NCBI GenBank assembly: GCA_041497895.1
Contig: JBGQHJ010000082.1
Span: forward strand, 1-22,205
DNA length: 22,205 nt
Reading direction: 5' to 3'
DNA from: Candidatus Methylomirabilia bacterium
GTDB lineage: Bacteria; Methylomirabilota; Methylomirabilia; Rokubacteriales; CSP1-6
Below, one piece after another: positions 1 through 7,722 of the stretch. The position numbers and the translations under genes were made by a program. Within the stretch, counting starts at the first letter, position 1. The number at the start of each line of letters is the position of its first letter. The notes below the pieces were generated by a model. It searched no databases and was not told where the DNA came from. It saw only the letters and a program-made list of their open reading frames with translations.

Positions 1-412
1 CCCACCCGACGCCTCGCGTCGCGCCGATCGCCTGGAAGGCCGCCATCCACTGGTCGACCGATCCGAACGACTCGGCCAGGGCGGTGGCCAGGCCCGACCC
101 GCCCGACGGCTTCGGCTCGGCCCCCGCACAGAGGTTCGAGAAATAGTGCTCGTGGAGACGCATCCCGTTGTACTCGAAGCCCAGATGGCGGGTCAGGTCC
201 ATGAACTCGGGATTCTTGACCGCGGACTGGCCCCGGCCCGTCATCGCCGCGAGCTCCCCGTTCAGCAGGTTCACCTGCTTCACGTATCCCGCGTAGAGGG
301 TCAGGTGCTCCTGGATCTGGGCGTCGGAGATTCCCTCGAGACCCTGCAGGAGGAAGGGCTGCTCGGGATAGACCTTCGGAGCGAAGGTCCTGGGTGTCGC
401 GCTCGTGGGCAT
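1..412 (-). CDS. Fe/Mn-family superoxide dismutase, N-terminal part (runs off window edge); not in ORF track
   Basis: Manual translation from ATG at 412: MPTSATPRTFAPKVYPEQPFLLQGLEGISDAQIQEHLTLYAGYVKQVN...LGFEYNGMRLHEHYFSNL...ESFGSVDQWMAAFQAIGATRGVGW. Contains Fe/Mn-SOD motifs (ISxxQIxEH..LY.GYV; N..LHE.YF; FGS...GVGW). AGAGGAG SD at 418-424. Confidence 0.85.
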   Translation of the reverse strand, partial: MPTSATPRTFAPKVYPEQPFLLQGLEGISDAQIQEHLTLYAGYVKQVNLLNGELAAMTGRGQSAVKNPEFMDLTRHLGFEYNGMRLHEHYFSNLCAGAEPKPSGGSGLATALAESFGSVDQWMAAFQAIGATRGVGW

Positions 413-423
413 GCTGGCTCCTC

Positions 424-1020
424 TCACAGATTCCCGTGACTCTTGAGTCGCCGGACCAGCTCGGAGTACGAGGCCGTCCGGATCACGCGGTCGAACTGGG
501 AGCGGTAGCTCGCGATCAGGCTGATGTTCTCGATGAGGATGTCGTAGATGAGCCATCGATCGGCCTTCTGGAGCAGCCGGGACTCGACCGGCACCTCCGT
601 CCCGTTCCTGGTCACGATCACCGCCCGAACGATGGCTCGATCGCCGTCGATCCGCTCGTTCACGTACCTGATCCGCTCCCCGCCAAACTCGCCGATCCTC
701 GACAGGTACGTCTGCTCGAGGAGCCCGCGAAAGATCTGGACGAACTCCTGCTTCTCGGCCGGCGTGCGCTGCTGCCAGTGGAGCCCGAGGGCGCGCTGGG
801 CGGTTTCCGACACGTCGAAGGCCTCGCTGGCGACCGCCCGCACCGCCTCCACCCGCTCCGGCGGCGTCATCGTCCGGTTCTCCAGCACCTGCATGACGCG
901 GTCGGTGTAGGCCCGGAGCTGCTCGGTCGGCGAGCTCGCCCAGGCCGGGCTCCCGAGCCCGAGCACGAGGACAACCGCCAGCGCCGTGAGTTCCGCTATC
1001 CTGCCCGGCATCACCCGCAT
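424..1020 (-). CDS. mlaC: MlaC/Ttg2D-family periplasmic phospholipid-binding protein (copy 1)
   Basis: Signal peptide; FD..TAQRALG.HW...TPAEKQEFV..F..LLEQTY; W.IYDI.IENISLI.SYRSQF. ATG at 1020 is 5 nt from GGAGG (GTG at 1023 is the alternative). Confidence 0.85.
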   Translation of the reverse strand: MRVMPGRIAELTALAVVLVLGLGSPAWASSPTEQLRAYTDRVMQVLENRTMTPPERVEAVRAVASEAFDVSETAQRALGLHWQQRTPAEKQEFVQIFRGLLEQTYLSRIGEFGGERIRYVNERIDGDRAIVRAVIVTRNGTEVPVESRLLQKADRWLIYDILIENISLIASYRSQFDRVIRTASYSELVRRLKSHGNL

Positions 1021-1029
1021 CACCGCCTC

Positions 1030-1737
1030 CTACTTCTTGTAGAGGTCATAGATCACCCCGGCCACCGCCGCGTCGGCCCCGTCCCGGAGGCCGCGACTCG
1101 TCCTCGGGATCGCGTGCGCCTCGATCTGGTTGCTTCGCAGCTTCACCAGGAGGTCGGCGAAGGAAGACGTCCGGATGATCGTGTTGAACTGGCTACGGTA
1201 GTTCGAGACCAGGCTCACGCCGTCCAGGATCACGTCGTACACGGCCCACCGCGCACCACTTTCGAGCAATCGGTACTCGATCGAGATCTCCACCCGCCGC
1301 TCGGTGGAGATCCGGGACCGTACCTGCGCATAGGGGCCGGTGACCGACTCCCCGAGGAAGGTGATCTTCTCGCCCGCGTAGTTCTCGATGGTCGTCAGGT
1401 ACGAGCGCTCCAGCAAGTCCGTGAACAGCCGGACGAACTCCTCCTGTTCCTGGGGGGAGCGATCCTTCCAGTGTCGGGCCAGGCTCAGGCGAGCCATCTC
1501 GTCGAAGTCGAACAATCCCCGGGCGACCCGACGGATCTCCGCCCGCCGCTGACCGCCGTCACTTGCCGCCACGCGTGGAGCCTGCACGATCGCCAGCACC
1601 CGGACCACCGACGTCCGGACGAGATCGAGGGGTCCGGCCTGGTCCGCTACCACCTTCGGCTGCGAACCGGCGGGATGCGTGCCAATCGTGAGCGCGGCCA
1701 TCAAGGTCGCGAGTGCTACGAGATGAGCGCGCCTCAT
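1030..1737 (-). CDS. mlaC: MlaC/Ttg2D-family protein (copy 2) with ~30 aa C-terminal extension; probably leaderless
   Basis: FDFDEMARLSLARHW...QEEFVRLFTDLLERSY; WAVYDVILDGVSLVSNYRSQF. ATG at 1737 is 7 nt downstream of the -10 TAGAGT (1745-1750), with no SD. Confidence 0.85.
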   Translation of the reverse strand: MRRAHLVALATLMAALTIGTHPAGSQPKVVADQAGPLDLVRTSVVRVLAIVQAPRVAASDGGQRRAEIRRVARGLFDFDEMARLSLARHWKDRSPQEQEEFVRLFTDLLERSYLTTIENYAGEKITFLGESVTGPYAQVRSRISTERRVEISIEYRLLESGARWAVYDVILDGVSLVSNYRSQFNTIIRTSSFADLLVKLRSNQIEAHAIPRTSRGLRDGADAAVAGVIYDLYKK

Positions 1738-1744
1738 GCTCGTC

Positions 1745-1792
1745 ACTCTAGCGGACGCGGGCCGGGTCGCCTATTGGACCTTGGTCCGACCC
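1745..1792 (-). promoter_or_regulatory. Box promoter P1 (drives mlaC-mlaC-sod)
   Basis: Minus strand: GGGTCGGACC-AA-GGTCCAATAG (1792-1771), 20 nt, TAGAGT (1750-1745). Confidence 0.8.
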
Positions 1793-1808
1793 ACCCCACG
1801 GGGCGTCG

Positions 1809-1856
1809 AGATTGGACCAAGGTCCCATAGGCAGGGCGCCGGCCTCCGGCTAGATT
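1809..1856 (+). promoter_or_regulatory. Box promoter P2 (divergent from P1)
   Basis: AGATTGGACC-AA-GGTCCCATAG (1809-1830), 20 nt, TAGATT (1851-1856). Confidence 0.75.
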
Positions 1857-1863
1857 CGACTTC

Positions 1864-2055
1864 ATGAAATCCGCCGACCGGGACTCGCCTCGAAGCGGGA
1901 GAGACTCCGAGCACGCTGGTCCCAAGGCCGATCGCCCACGCGCGATCGACCGCTACATCGCCTACTTCGGCGACCGGACCACGACGCGCGGCCGGATCGA
2001 GCCTTCCGGCGACCAGACCCTGCCCTCGTCGCCCGGCCGCCGCTCGCCCCAATAG
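1864..2055 (+). CDS. Putative leaderless 63-aa hydrophilic protein (or sRNA) transcribed from P2
   Basis: ATG lies 7 nt after the P2 -10 hexamer. The ORF fills the gap and ends before the convergent receiver gene. No recognisable domain. Confidence 0.4.
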   Translation: MKSADRDSPRSGRDSEHAGPKADRPRAIDRYIAYFGDRTTTRGRIEPSGDQTLPSSPGRRSPQ

Positions 2056-2089
2056 ACGGACACGCGGCCCGGCCGGGTTCCGCGCCGGC

Positions 2090-2506
2090 TCAAGCCGCCC
2101 CGCTCACCCGACGGATCTCGTCAAGCAGGGCTTCGGGGTCGAACGGCTTGCTCAGGTACCCGGCGGCCCCGGACTTTCTGATGCGCTCGCGCGTCGCGGA
2201 GTCGTCATGGGCGGTGATGAAGATGATCGGAACCGAGCATCGATCCGAGGCCAGCCGCTCCTGAAGCTCGAAGCCGTTCATGCCCTCCATGTGGATGTCC
2301 AGGACCAGGCAACCGCCGCGGGCCCGCGGGGTCGCGGCGAGATACTCGTGCGCCGAGGCGAACGTCTCGACGGGGTACCCGGCGGACTGGACGAGTCGGC
2401 GGAGTGCCCGCCGCATCGAGAGATCGTCGTCCACGATGGAGATCGTCGGCGGCGCGAGCTCGGCCGCCGACGCGCACGATCCAGGACGCTCAGGATCTGG
2501 CTGCAA
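2090..2506 (-). CDS. Single-domain response regulator (receiver only)
   Basis: IVDDD...VLDIHMEG...IIFITAH...YLSKPFD receiver motifs. TTG start with GGAGG upstream; exact start uncertain. Confidence 0.88.
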   Translation of the reverse strand: MQPDPERPGSCASAAELAPPTISIVDDDLSMRRALRRLVQSAGYPVETFASAHEYLAATPRARGGCLVLDIHMEGMNGFELQERLASDRCSVPIIFITAHDDSATRERIRKSGAAGYLSKPFDPEALLDEIRRVSGAA

Positions 2507-3119
2507 TGACCCCTCCCACGCCGGCGAGTCGGACGAGCTGCGCGAGCGAGCTGGCCCGCATCTTCTCCATGACGCGGGCTCGATGCACCTTGACCGTCTT
2601 CTCGGTTATCCCGAGCTCGGACCCGATCTGCTTGTTCAGCAAGCCGGTGACCACGAGGGCGAAGACCTCGGCCTCTCGCGGGGTCAATGCGGTGATGCAG
2701 CTCCGGACCTCGGCCAGGCGGGCTTGTTCCCTTCGATCTTCGAGCGTCCGCTCGACCGCCTTCTGGATCGCGGTCAGGAGCGTCCCCTCGTCCAGCGGCT
2801 TGGTCAGGAAATCGACCGCTCCGCCCTTCATCGCCTTGACACTTCCCCGGACATCGCCGTGGCCCGTGATGAAGACGATCGCCAGCCGATCTCCGGTCGC
2901 CCGGAGCGCCTCCTGCAGATCGAGGCCCGTCCCGCCGGGCATGCGCACGTCCAGCACCAGACAGCACCGGCCGTCGTAGGGAGAGCGAGCCAGGAAGTCG
3001 CGCACCGAGCCGAAGGTCTCGACCTCGTACCCGGCGGTCCTGACGAGCCTCGCCAGACTCTTCCGCACGGAGGCGTCATCGTCCACCACGAACACGAGCG
3101 CCGTGGCCAGGATGGTCAC
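2490..3119 (-). CDS. FixJ/NodW-family response regulator (REC + LuxR HTH), 209 aa
   Basis: C-terminal part of the 848-aa track ORF. GTG at 3119 overlaps the kinase stop (GTGA). VVDDD, VLDVRMP, FITGHGD, DFLTKP; LTPREAEVFALVVTGLLNKQIGSELGITEKTVKVHRARVMEKM HTH. Confidence 0.93.
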   Translation of the reverse strand: MTILATALVFVVDDDASVRKSLARLVRTAGYEVETFGSVRDFLARSPYDGRCCLVLDVRMPGGTGLDLQEALRATGDRLAIVFITGHGDVRGSVKAMKGGAVDFLTKPLDEGTLLTAIQKAVERTLEDRREQARLAEVRSCITALTPREAEVFALVVTGLLNKQIGSELGITEKTVKVHRARVMEKMRASSLAQLVRLAGVGGVIAARS

Positions 3120-5518
3120 TGCCCGTCCTCGCCGGCCGGCAGCGCGAATGAGAACGTGGCCCCACCCTCCGGATTGTTCCGGGCCTCCACCCGGCCTCCG
3201 TGCGCCTCCACGATGGATCTCACGATCGCCAGCCCCATCCCCAGGCCCTCGGCTTTCGTGGTGTAGAAAGCGTCGAAGACATGGTCGATGTCGGTGCCTT
3301 CGATGCCGGCCCCGGAGTCCCGGACCTCCACCTCGACTCGCGCCGGGCCACCGACCGTCCGAAGCACGAGGGTATGATTCCCTGCCGAATCGCGCATCGC
3401 GTCCAGCCCGTTCAGGATGAGGTTGAGAACCACCTGCTGGAGCTGCACACGGTCGCCGGTCACCGGAGGGAGGTCGGGGGCCAGCTCGAGCCGGATCACC
3501 ACGTTGCGAAGGATCGCATCGCTCGCGACCAGCCGGGCCACCTGGCCCACCAGCTCGCTCATGTCGACGATCGAGCGCTCGAAGGGGCCCTTCTTGAGCA
3601 GTCCCCGCAGCCGGGCGATCACCGCGGCCGCGCGCTTGTCGTCCTCCACGATGTCCTCCACGATGGCGCGCACCTCCACGAGATCGCCCCGGTCGGACAC
3701 GAGGATGCGTCGAATCGCCTGAGCATTGGCCAGGATCGCGGTCAGGGGCTGGTTGAGCTCGTGCGCCAGCGATGCGGTCAGCTCCCCGACCGTCGAGACG
3801 CGCCCGATGTGGGCGAGGTCCTGTCGGAGCCGCTGCCCCTCGATCTCCGATCGTCGACGCGACAAGGTATTGGCGAAGACCTCCCCGAGAAGCTGGAGGC
3901 GCTGAACGAACTCGTCCCGCCAGGCGCGCTCGGTCGCCACCGCGCGGAACGCCAGGGCCCCGATCACCACTCCCTCCACCGTCAACGGGATCGTGACCTG
4001 TGACTTGACCCCCAATCGGCGATAGGTCTGCCGATCCACTCCGGCTTCGATCTCCGGTAGCTCTTCGATCCGCGTGAACCGGACCGTCTCTCCCCGTCGC
4101 AGCTGGGCCACGCTCCAGGGAATCTCGTCGAATCCGAGCGTCACCGGTTTCAGATCCAGCCCCTCGGCCATCCACCGGTGCGTGACCCGCGCGGTCTGGG
4201 TGTCCTCCGAGTATTCCGTCAGGCTGCTCCAGTCCACGGCGAGAAAGTCGGCGATCCGGCGGAGCGCCCGCTCGATCTCTCGATCGACGTCGGTCCCGGA
4301 CACGCGGCTGAACGTGGCCGCCTGCTCCGCCAGCAGGGTCTCGAAGCGCAGTCGCTCCCCGAGCGACAGCTCCGCCCGCCGTCGGCCGGCACGCTCGATC
4401 AGGAGCCCGGTGCTGAGAGTCGCCAGGGCCACGACCAGGGCCCCCGCGCCGACGATGTTCCATCCGTACAGGACCCACAGCGAGGCCTCCTGGTATCGCA
4501 GGATGCTGCCCGGCGGGAGCCGGCTCGGGTCGAGCCCCCATCGCCGCAGCTGCCGCTCGTCGAACATGTACGCGGTCCCGCCCCCGTCGACGACGGGAAG
4601 CGCGGCCGGCGGCTCTCCGCGGAGCACCCGCACCGCGAGCTCCGCCGCCCGGGTCCCCTGGCTCTCGAAGCTGGCCAGGCGCCCGCCCACGATCCCATGC
4701 CCGAGGTGGGTCTCCGACCAGCTGTACACCGGCACGCTCGAAGCGCGAGCGATGAGGGAGACCGCTTCCGGGTCCGTGAAGAGGCGGCCCGCCTGGTCGC
4801 GAAGGAACGACACGAACAGCACGATGCTGTCCTTCGGCAGGACCGCCACGTCGTCCAGCAGGCGCGCGATCGACCGGCCCGCGAGATAGGTCACCTCGAC
4901 GCGATCGCGGTACCGCGCGAGATCGTGAGCCGCGGCCGCCTGCAAGTTCTGATCGATCTCCGAGGTCCCGGTGATCACCACCGCGCGCCGCGTCCCCGGT
5001 TGGAGAGCGAGCGCAGCTTCGAGCGTCGCCCCCCACTCCGAGGGCAGCCGGACGCCCGTGATGTCGGGCCCCAGCTCGAGCCCGGTGACCCCATCCAGAC
5101 TCGCCGCGCAGAAGACGGCCGGCACTCCGGGAAAGAGCTCCGAGCGGTGCTTCAGGAAGAACCGCAGCGTCGGAAACGCGACCGGCATGATCAGATCGAT
5201 CTTTCGACTCGCGTACTTCTCACGTAGAGCGTCGATCACCTCGCGCTCGTAGTGGCGATCCGACACCCGGGCGAGATCGAGATACTCGGTGTACAGGCTC
5301 ACCGCTCCTTCCGGGTCGAGCGCCGGGCGGATCGCCTCTTCCACCGCGAGGATCTCCGGCAGCAGTCGCGCCTCCGGATACAGGAGCACCACGATCCTCC
5401 TCTGCTTCATCTCGAGAGCGGGACTCGAAGGGGCACCGCAGAGCAGCGCGAGCAGTGCCACCAGGAGCACCCTCCCTCCCGGACGGGCGCGCTTGGGGAG
5501 AGACATGAGACTCGACAT
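3116..5518 (-). CDS. Membrane sensor histidine kinase: periplasmic ABC-substrate-binding-like domain, TM, GAF-like, HisKA, HATPase (FixL/NodV-like transmitter)
   Basis: Signal/TM VLLVALLALLC; second TM WNIVGAGALVVALATLSTGLLI; ELTASLAHELNQPL H-box, QQVVLNLILNGLDAM N-box, DSGAGI G1, FYTTK F, GLGMGL G2. Start moved to ATG 5518 (or 5506) because the track start at 5572 lies inside promoter P3. Confidence 0.93.
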   Translation of the reverse strand: MSSLMSLPKRARPGGRVLLVALLALLCGAPSSPALEMKQRRIVVLLYPEARLLPEILAVEEAIRPALDPEGAVSLYTEYLDLARVSDRHYEREVIDALREKYASRKIDLIMPVAFPTLRFFLKHRSELFPGVPAVFCAASLDGVTGLELGPDITGVRLPSEWGATLEAALALQPGTRRAVVITGTSEIDQNLQAAAAHDLARYRDRVEVTYLAGRSIARLLDDVAVLPKDSIVLFVSFLRDQAGRLFTDPEAVSLIARASSVPVYSWSETHLGHGIVGGRLASFESQGTRAAELAVRVLRGEPPAALPVVDGGGTAYMFDERQLRRWGLDPSRLPPGSILRYQEASLWVLYGWNIVGAGALVVALATLSTGLLIERAGRRRAELSLGERLRFETLLAEQAATFSRVSGTDVDREIERALRRIADFLAVDWSSLTEYSEDTQTARVTHRWMAEGLDLKPVTLGFDEIPWSVAQLRRGETVRFTRIEELPEIEAGVDRQTYRRLGVKSQVTIPLTVEGVVIGALAFRAVATERAWRDEFVQRLQLLGEVFANTLSRRRSEIEGQRLRQDLAHIGRVSTVGELTASLAHELNQPLTAILANAQAIRRILVSDRGDLVEVRAIVEDIVEDDKRAAAVIARLRGLLKKGPFERSIVDMSELVGQVARLVASDAILRNVVIRLELAPDLPPVTGDRVQLQQVVLNLILNGLDAMRDSAGNHTLVLRTVGGPARVEVEVRDSGAGIEGTDIDHVFDAFYTTKAEGLGMGLAIVRSIVEAHGGRVEARNNPEGGATFSFALPAGEDGQ

Positions 5519-5527
5519 GTGATCGCG

Positions 5528-5575
5528 ACTGTAGCCCCGCTCGGGCCCCCCGCCAATGCGACCAAAGGCCAATGC
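5528..5575 (-). promoter_or_regulatory. Box promoter P3 (drives kinase-regulator-receiver operon; autoregulation)
   Basis: Minus strand: GCATTGGCCT-TT-GGTCGCATTG (5575-5554), 20 nt, TACAGT (5533-5528). Confidence 0.68.
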
Positions 5576-5590
5576 GGCGGGGCCCCGGCG

Positions 5591-5638
5591 TCATTGGACC
5601 AACGTCTACTAGGCGACCCACGCCCCGATTGCTACGGT
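5591..5638 (+). promoter_or_regulatory. Box promoter P4 (drives glsB-like + small protein)
   Basis: TCATTGGACC-AA-CGTCTACTAG (5591-5612), 20 nt, TACGGT (5633-5638). Confidence 0.7.
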
Positions 5639-5669
5639 ACCGGGCAGAACACCAACCTCGGAGGAATCC

Positions 5670-5921
5670 ATGCATCTACTTCTGTTCATCCTGATCGGGT
5701 TGATCGCGGGCGCGCTGGCGGGACGCGTGGTCAGCGGCCACGGCTACGGCGTGGCGGGAGACATCGTGGTCGGCGTCGTCGGCGCATTCCTGGGCGGCTG
5801 GATCTTCGCCACCTTTCTGGGGGTCGGGGGCGGAGGCTTCTTCATCAGCCTGTTCATGGCCTTCGTCGGGGCGGTGGCCCTGCTCTGGCTCATCCGCCTG
5901 ATCGTCCCGGGCCGCGCCTAG
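5670..5921 (+). CDS. GlsB/YeaQ/YmgE-family (transglycosylase-associated) stress membrane protein, copy 1
   Basis: 83 aa, 3 Gly-rich TMs, GLIAGALA...G..GDIVVGVVGAFLGGW...AFVGAVALL; GGAGG SD. Confidence 0.9.
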   Translation: MHLLLFILIGLIAGALAGRVVSGHGYGVAGDIVVGVVGAFLGGWIFATFLGVGGGGFFISLFMAFVGAVALLWLIRLIVPGRA

Positions 5922-5947
5922 CGCCCGCCGCATGAGACCCTAGGCAC

Positions 5948-6142
5948 ATGCTTCGATTCCTGGCCGGAGCGATGGCGGGCGCGCTGGCGATGTGGATGTG
6001 GGGCGACGAGCTTCATGACTACCTGACCGAGCAGACGCGTCACGCGAGGACCAGGACCGCTGACCAGATCCAGGCGGTCCAGCGGCAGATCACGTCCACC
6101 CTCCAGAGTGGGCAGGACGCGATCCGCCCGGCCGCGCGCTGA
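5948..6142 (+). CDS. Small membrane-anchored protein (hydrophobic N-terminus FLAGAMAGALAMW + amphipathic helix; loosely YtxH-like)
   Basis: 64-aa ORF with GC-rich codon usage, co-oriented after glsB-like gene; weak SD. Confidence 0.6.
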   Translation: MLRFLAGAMAGALAMWMWGDELHDYLTEQTRHARTRTADQIQAVQRQITSTLQSGQDAIRPAAR

Positions 6143-6160
6143 CTCCACGCACCGCCCCCG

Positions 6161-7462
6161 CTAGAACTCTCGACGGACCGGAAGCGAGAGCACCTCCAGC
6201 ACTCGGTCCGCGACCCCCCGCGCCCCCCAGGTCTGGGGGTCGATCCTCCGCGCGTAGACCAGGTCGTCCGCAAATATCCGCTCCAGCCGTCGCGCCACGT
6301 CGGGGCTATACACGACCAGGTTCACCTCCTCGTTCAGCGCGAACGAGCGCGTGTCCAGGTTGGTGCTCCCGATCGTCGCCCAGACCCCATCGATCGCCAT
6401 GGTCTTGGCGTGGAGCAGGCCCGCCTGATACTCGTAGACCTCGATCCCCGCCTCGAACAGCTCGCCGAACCCCGCGCGGCTCGCATGACGGACGATCTTG
6501 TTGTCGATCGCGCCGGGCAATAGCAGGGCGACGCGGACGCCGCGCCTGGACGCCTCCGTGAGCGCGCGGGTCATGCGGCTGTCGGGCAGGAAGTACGGAT
6601 TCGTGATGTAGATCGAGTGTCGGGCCGATGACATCGCGAGCAGGAACATCGTGTACATCGAGAAGCTTCCCTCCGCGGGGGAGCTGTGGACCACCTGCGC
6701 GGTCACCGACCCGCGCGCGCCCGGGTGCGGGAAGTACGCGTCGCCGCCGAGCACGTTCCCGGTCGCTTCGAGCCAGTTCTCCACGAAGGCGCCCTGGAGG
6801 GAGGCAACCACCGGGCCCTCGATCCGGACATCGGTCTGCCGCCACAGCCCCTTGCGCCGCCCATTCCCCAGCCACTTGGGGCTCACGCCGACCCCCCCGG
6901 TGAACCCTACCCGGCCGTCCACGACCAGAATCCGACGGTGACTGCGGTTGTTCTCCCTCCCGAGCCCGAAGGGGCTGAGCAAGACCAGCGGACTCAGGGG
7001 CCGGAACGTGGTCACCTCGCAGCCCGCGCTCGTCATCATCTCCCGGTACTCCGCCGGCATCAGGAGCGCGCCGAAGCCGTCCAGCAGGATGTGAGCCCGT
7101 ATCCCGCTCCGGCAGCGATCCGCCAGCGCCGCCGCGATCTGCCGCGGCATTTCGCCCTCCTCGTAGAAGTACTGGGCGTACGTGATCGTGCGCCGAGCCG
7201 AGCCAATCGCCTCCAGGATGGCGGGGAAGATCTCATCTCCGTTCAACAGCACGTCCACCCGGTTGCCGTCGGCGACGCGCGTCGCGGTATAGGCCTCGAT
7301 CGTCGGGCCGAACGCCGGATCTCCCATCGCCAGGTCCGGCAGCGCGAAATGCGACTGCACCCGCGCGCAGGCTCCCGAAGTCAGGCCGAGCGCGGTGGCG
7401 GCCATGAGCAGCCCAACCCACCGCCGGAGATGGCGGGTACGTCGCTTCGTGCTCTCGAGCAT
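6161..7462 (-). CDS. cls: Phospholipase D-family cardiolipin synthase-like protein (ClsB type)
   Basis: LLNGDEIFPAIL.AI..AR..I; RSHRRILVVDG.VGFTGG; YITNPYFLP; LHAKTMAIDG...IGSTNLD.RSF.LNEE. Confidence 0.88.
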   Translation of the reverse strand: MLESTKRRTRHLRRWVGLLMAATALGLTSGACARVQSHFALPDLAMGDPAFGPTIEAYTATRVADGNRVDVLLNGDEIFPAILEAIGSARRTITYAQYFYEEGEMPRQIAAALADRCRSGIRAHILLDGFGALLMPAEYREMMTSAGCEVTTFRPLSPLVLLSPFGLGRENNRSHRRILVVDGRVGFTGGVGVSPKWLGNGRRKGLWRQTDVRIEGPVVASLQGAFVENWLEATGNVLGGDAYFPHPGARGSVTAQVVHSSPAEGSFSMYTMFLLAMSSARHSIYITNPYFLPDSRMTRALTEASRRGVRVALLLPGAIDNKIVRHASRAGFGELFEAGIEVYEYQAGLLHAKTMAIDGVWATIGSTNLDTRSFALNEEVNLVVYSPDVARRLERIFADDLVYARRIDPQTWGARGVADRVLEVLSLPVRREF

Positions 7463-7510
7463 CCTGTTCGTCCTCTTTCATCGTAGCGATCGGAAGTGCG
7501 AGTTCCCTCC

Positions 7511-7558
7511 AGACTAGATCCCGGCGCACCGCCTGACCATGGGACCTTGGTCCCCACC
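7511..7558 (-). promoter_or_regulatory. Box promoter P5 (drives cls)
   Basis: Minus strand: GGTGGGGACC-AA-GGTCCCATGG (7558-7537), 20 nt, TAGTCT (7516-7511). Confidence 0.75.
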
Positions 7559-7599
7559 CTTAGGTCCAATAGGCCGGCGCACTCGCCACCGACTACAGT
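7551..7599 (+). promoter_or_regulatory. Box promoter P6 (drives peptide-BON-glsB); left half degenerate and overlapping the P5 box
   Basis: TCCCCACCCT-TA-GGTCCAATAG (7551-7572), 21 nt, TACAGT (7594-7599). Confidence 0.7.
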
Positions 7600-7622
7600 T
7601 GAGAGGCGAAAGGAGAACAGCC

Positions 7623-7697
7623 ATGTACAACATCTTCTACATCGTCGGCGTCATCGTCGTCGTCTTCGCCGTTCTCGGCTATATCGGACTTCGCTAA
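7623..7697 (+). CDS. 24-aa single-TM peptide MYNIFYIVGVIVVVFAVLGYIGLR (not in ORF track)
   Basis: Strong SD AAAGGAG upstream; NNC-rich codons; paralog at 11894-11965. Confidence 0.8.
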   Translation: MYNIFYIVGVIVVVFAVLGYIGLR

Positions 7698-7722
7698 AGT
7701 CCCGCACGAAAGGGTAAAGAAC

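Noticed and set aside
1913..1936. Weak box-like sequence CTGGTCCCAAGGCCGAT
   Set aside because: Poor match, with no TAnnnT at the 20-bp spacing in either direction.
2046..2055. Half-site-like GCCCCAATAG at the end of ORF 1864
   Set aside because: No partner half-site and no correctly spaced -10.
2490..5036. 848-aa track ORF suggesting a giant response regulator
   Set aside because: The N-terminal ~640 aa is an off-frame R/G/A-rich shadow of the kinase gene; the real RR starts at GTG 3119.
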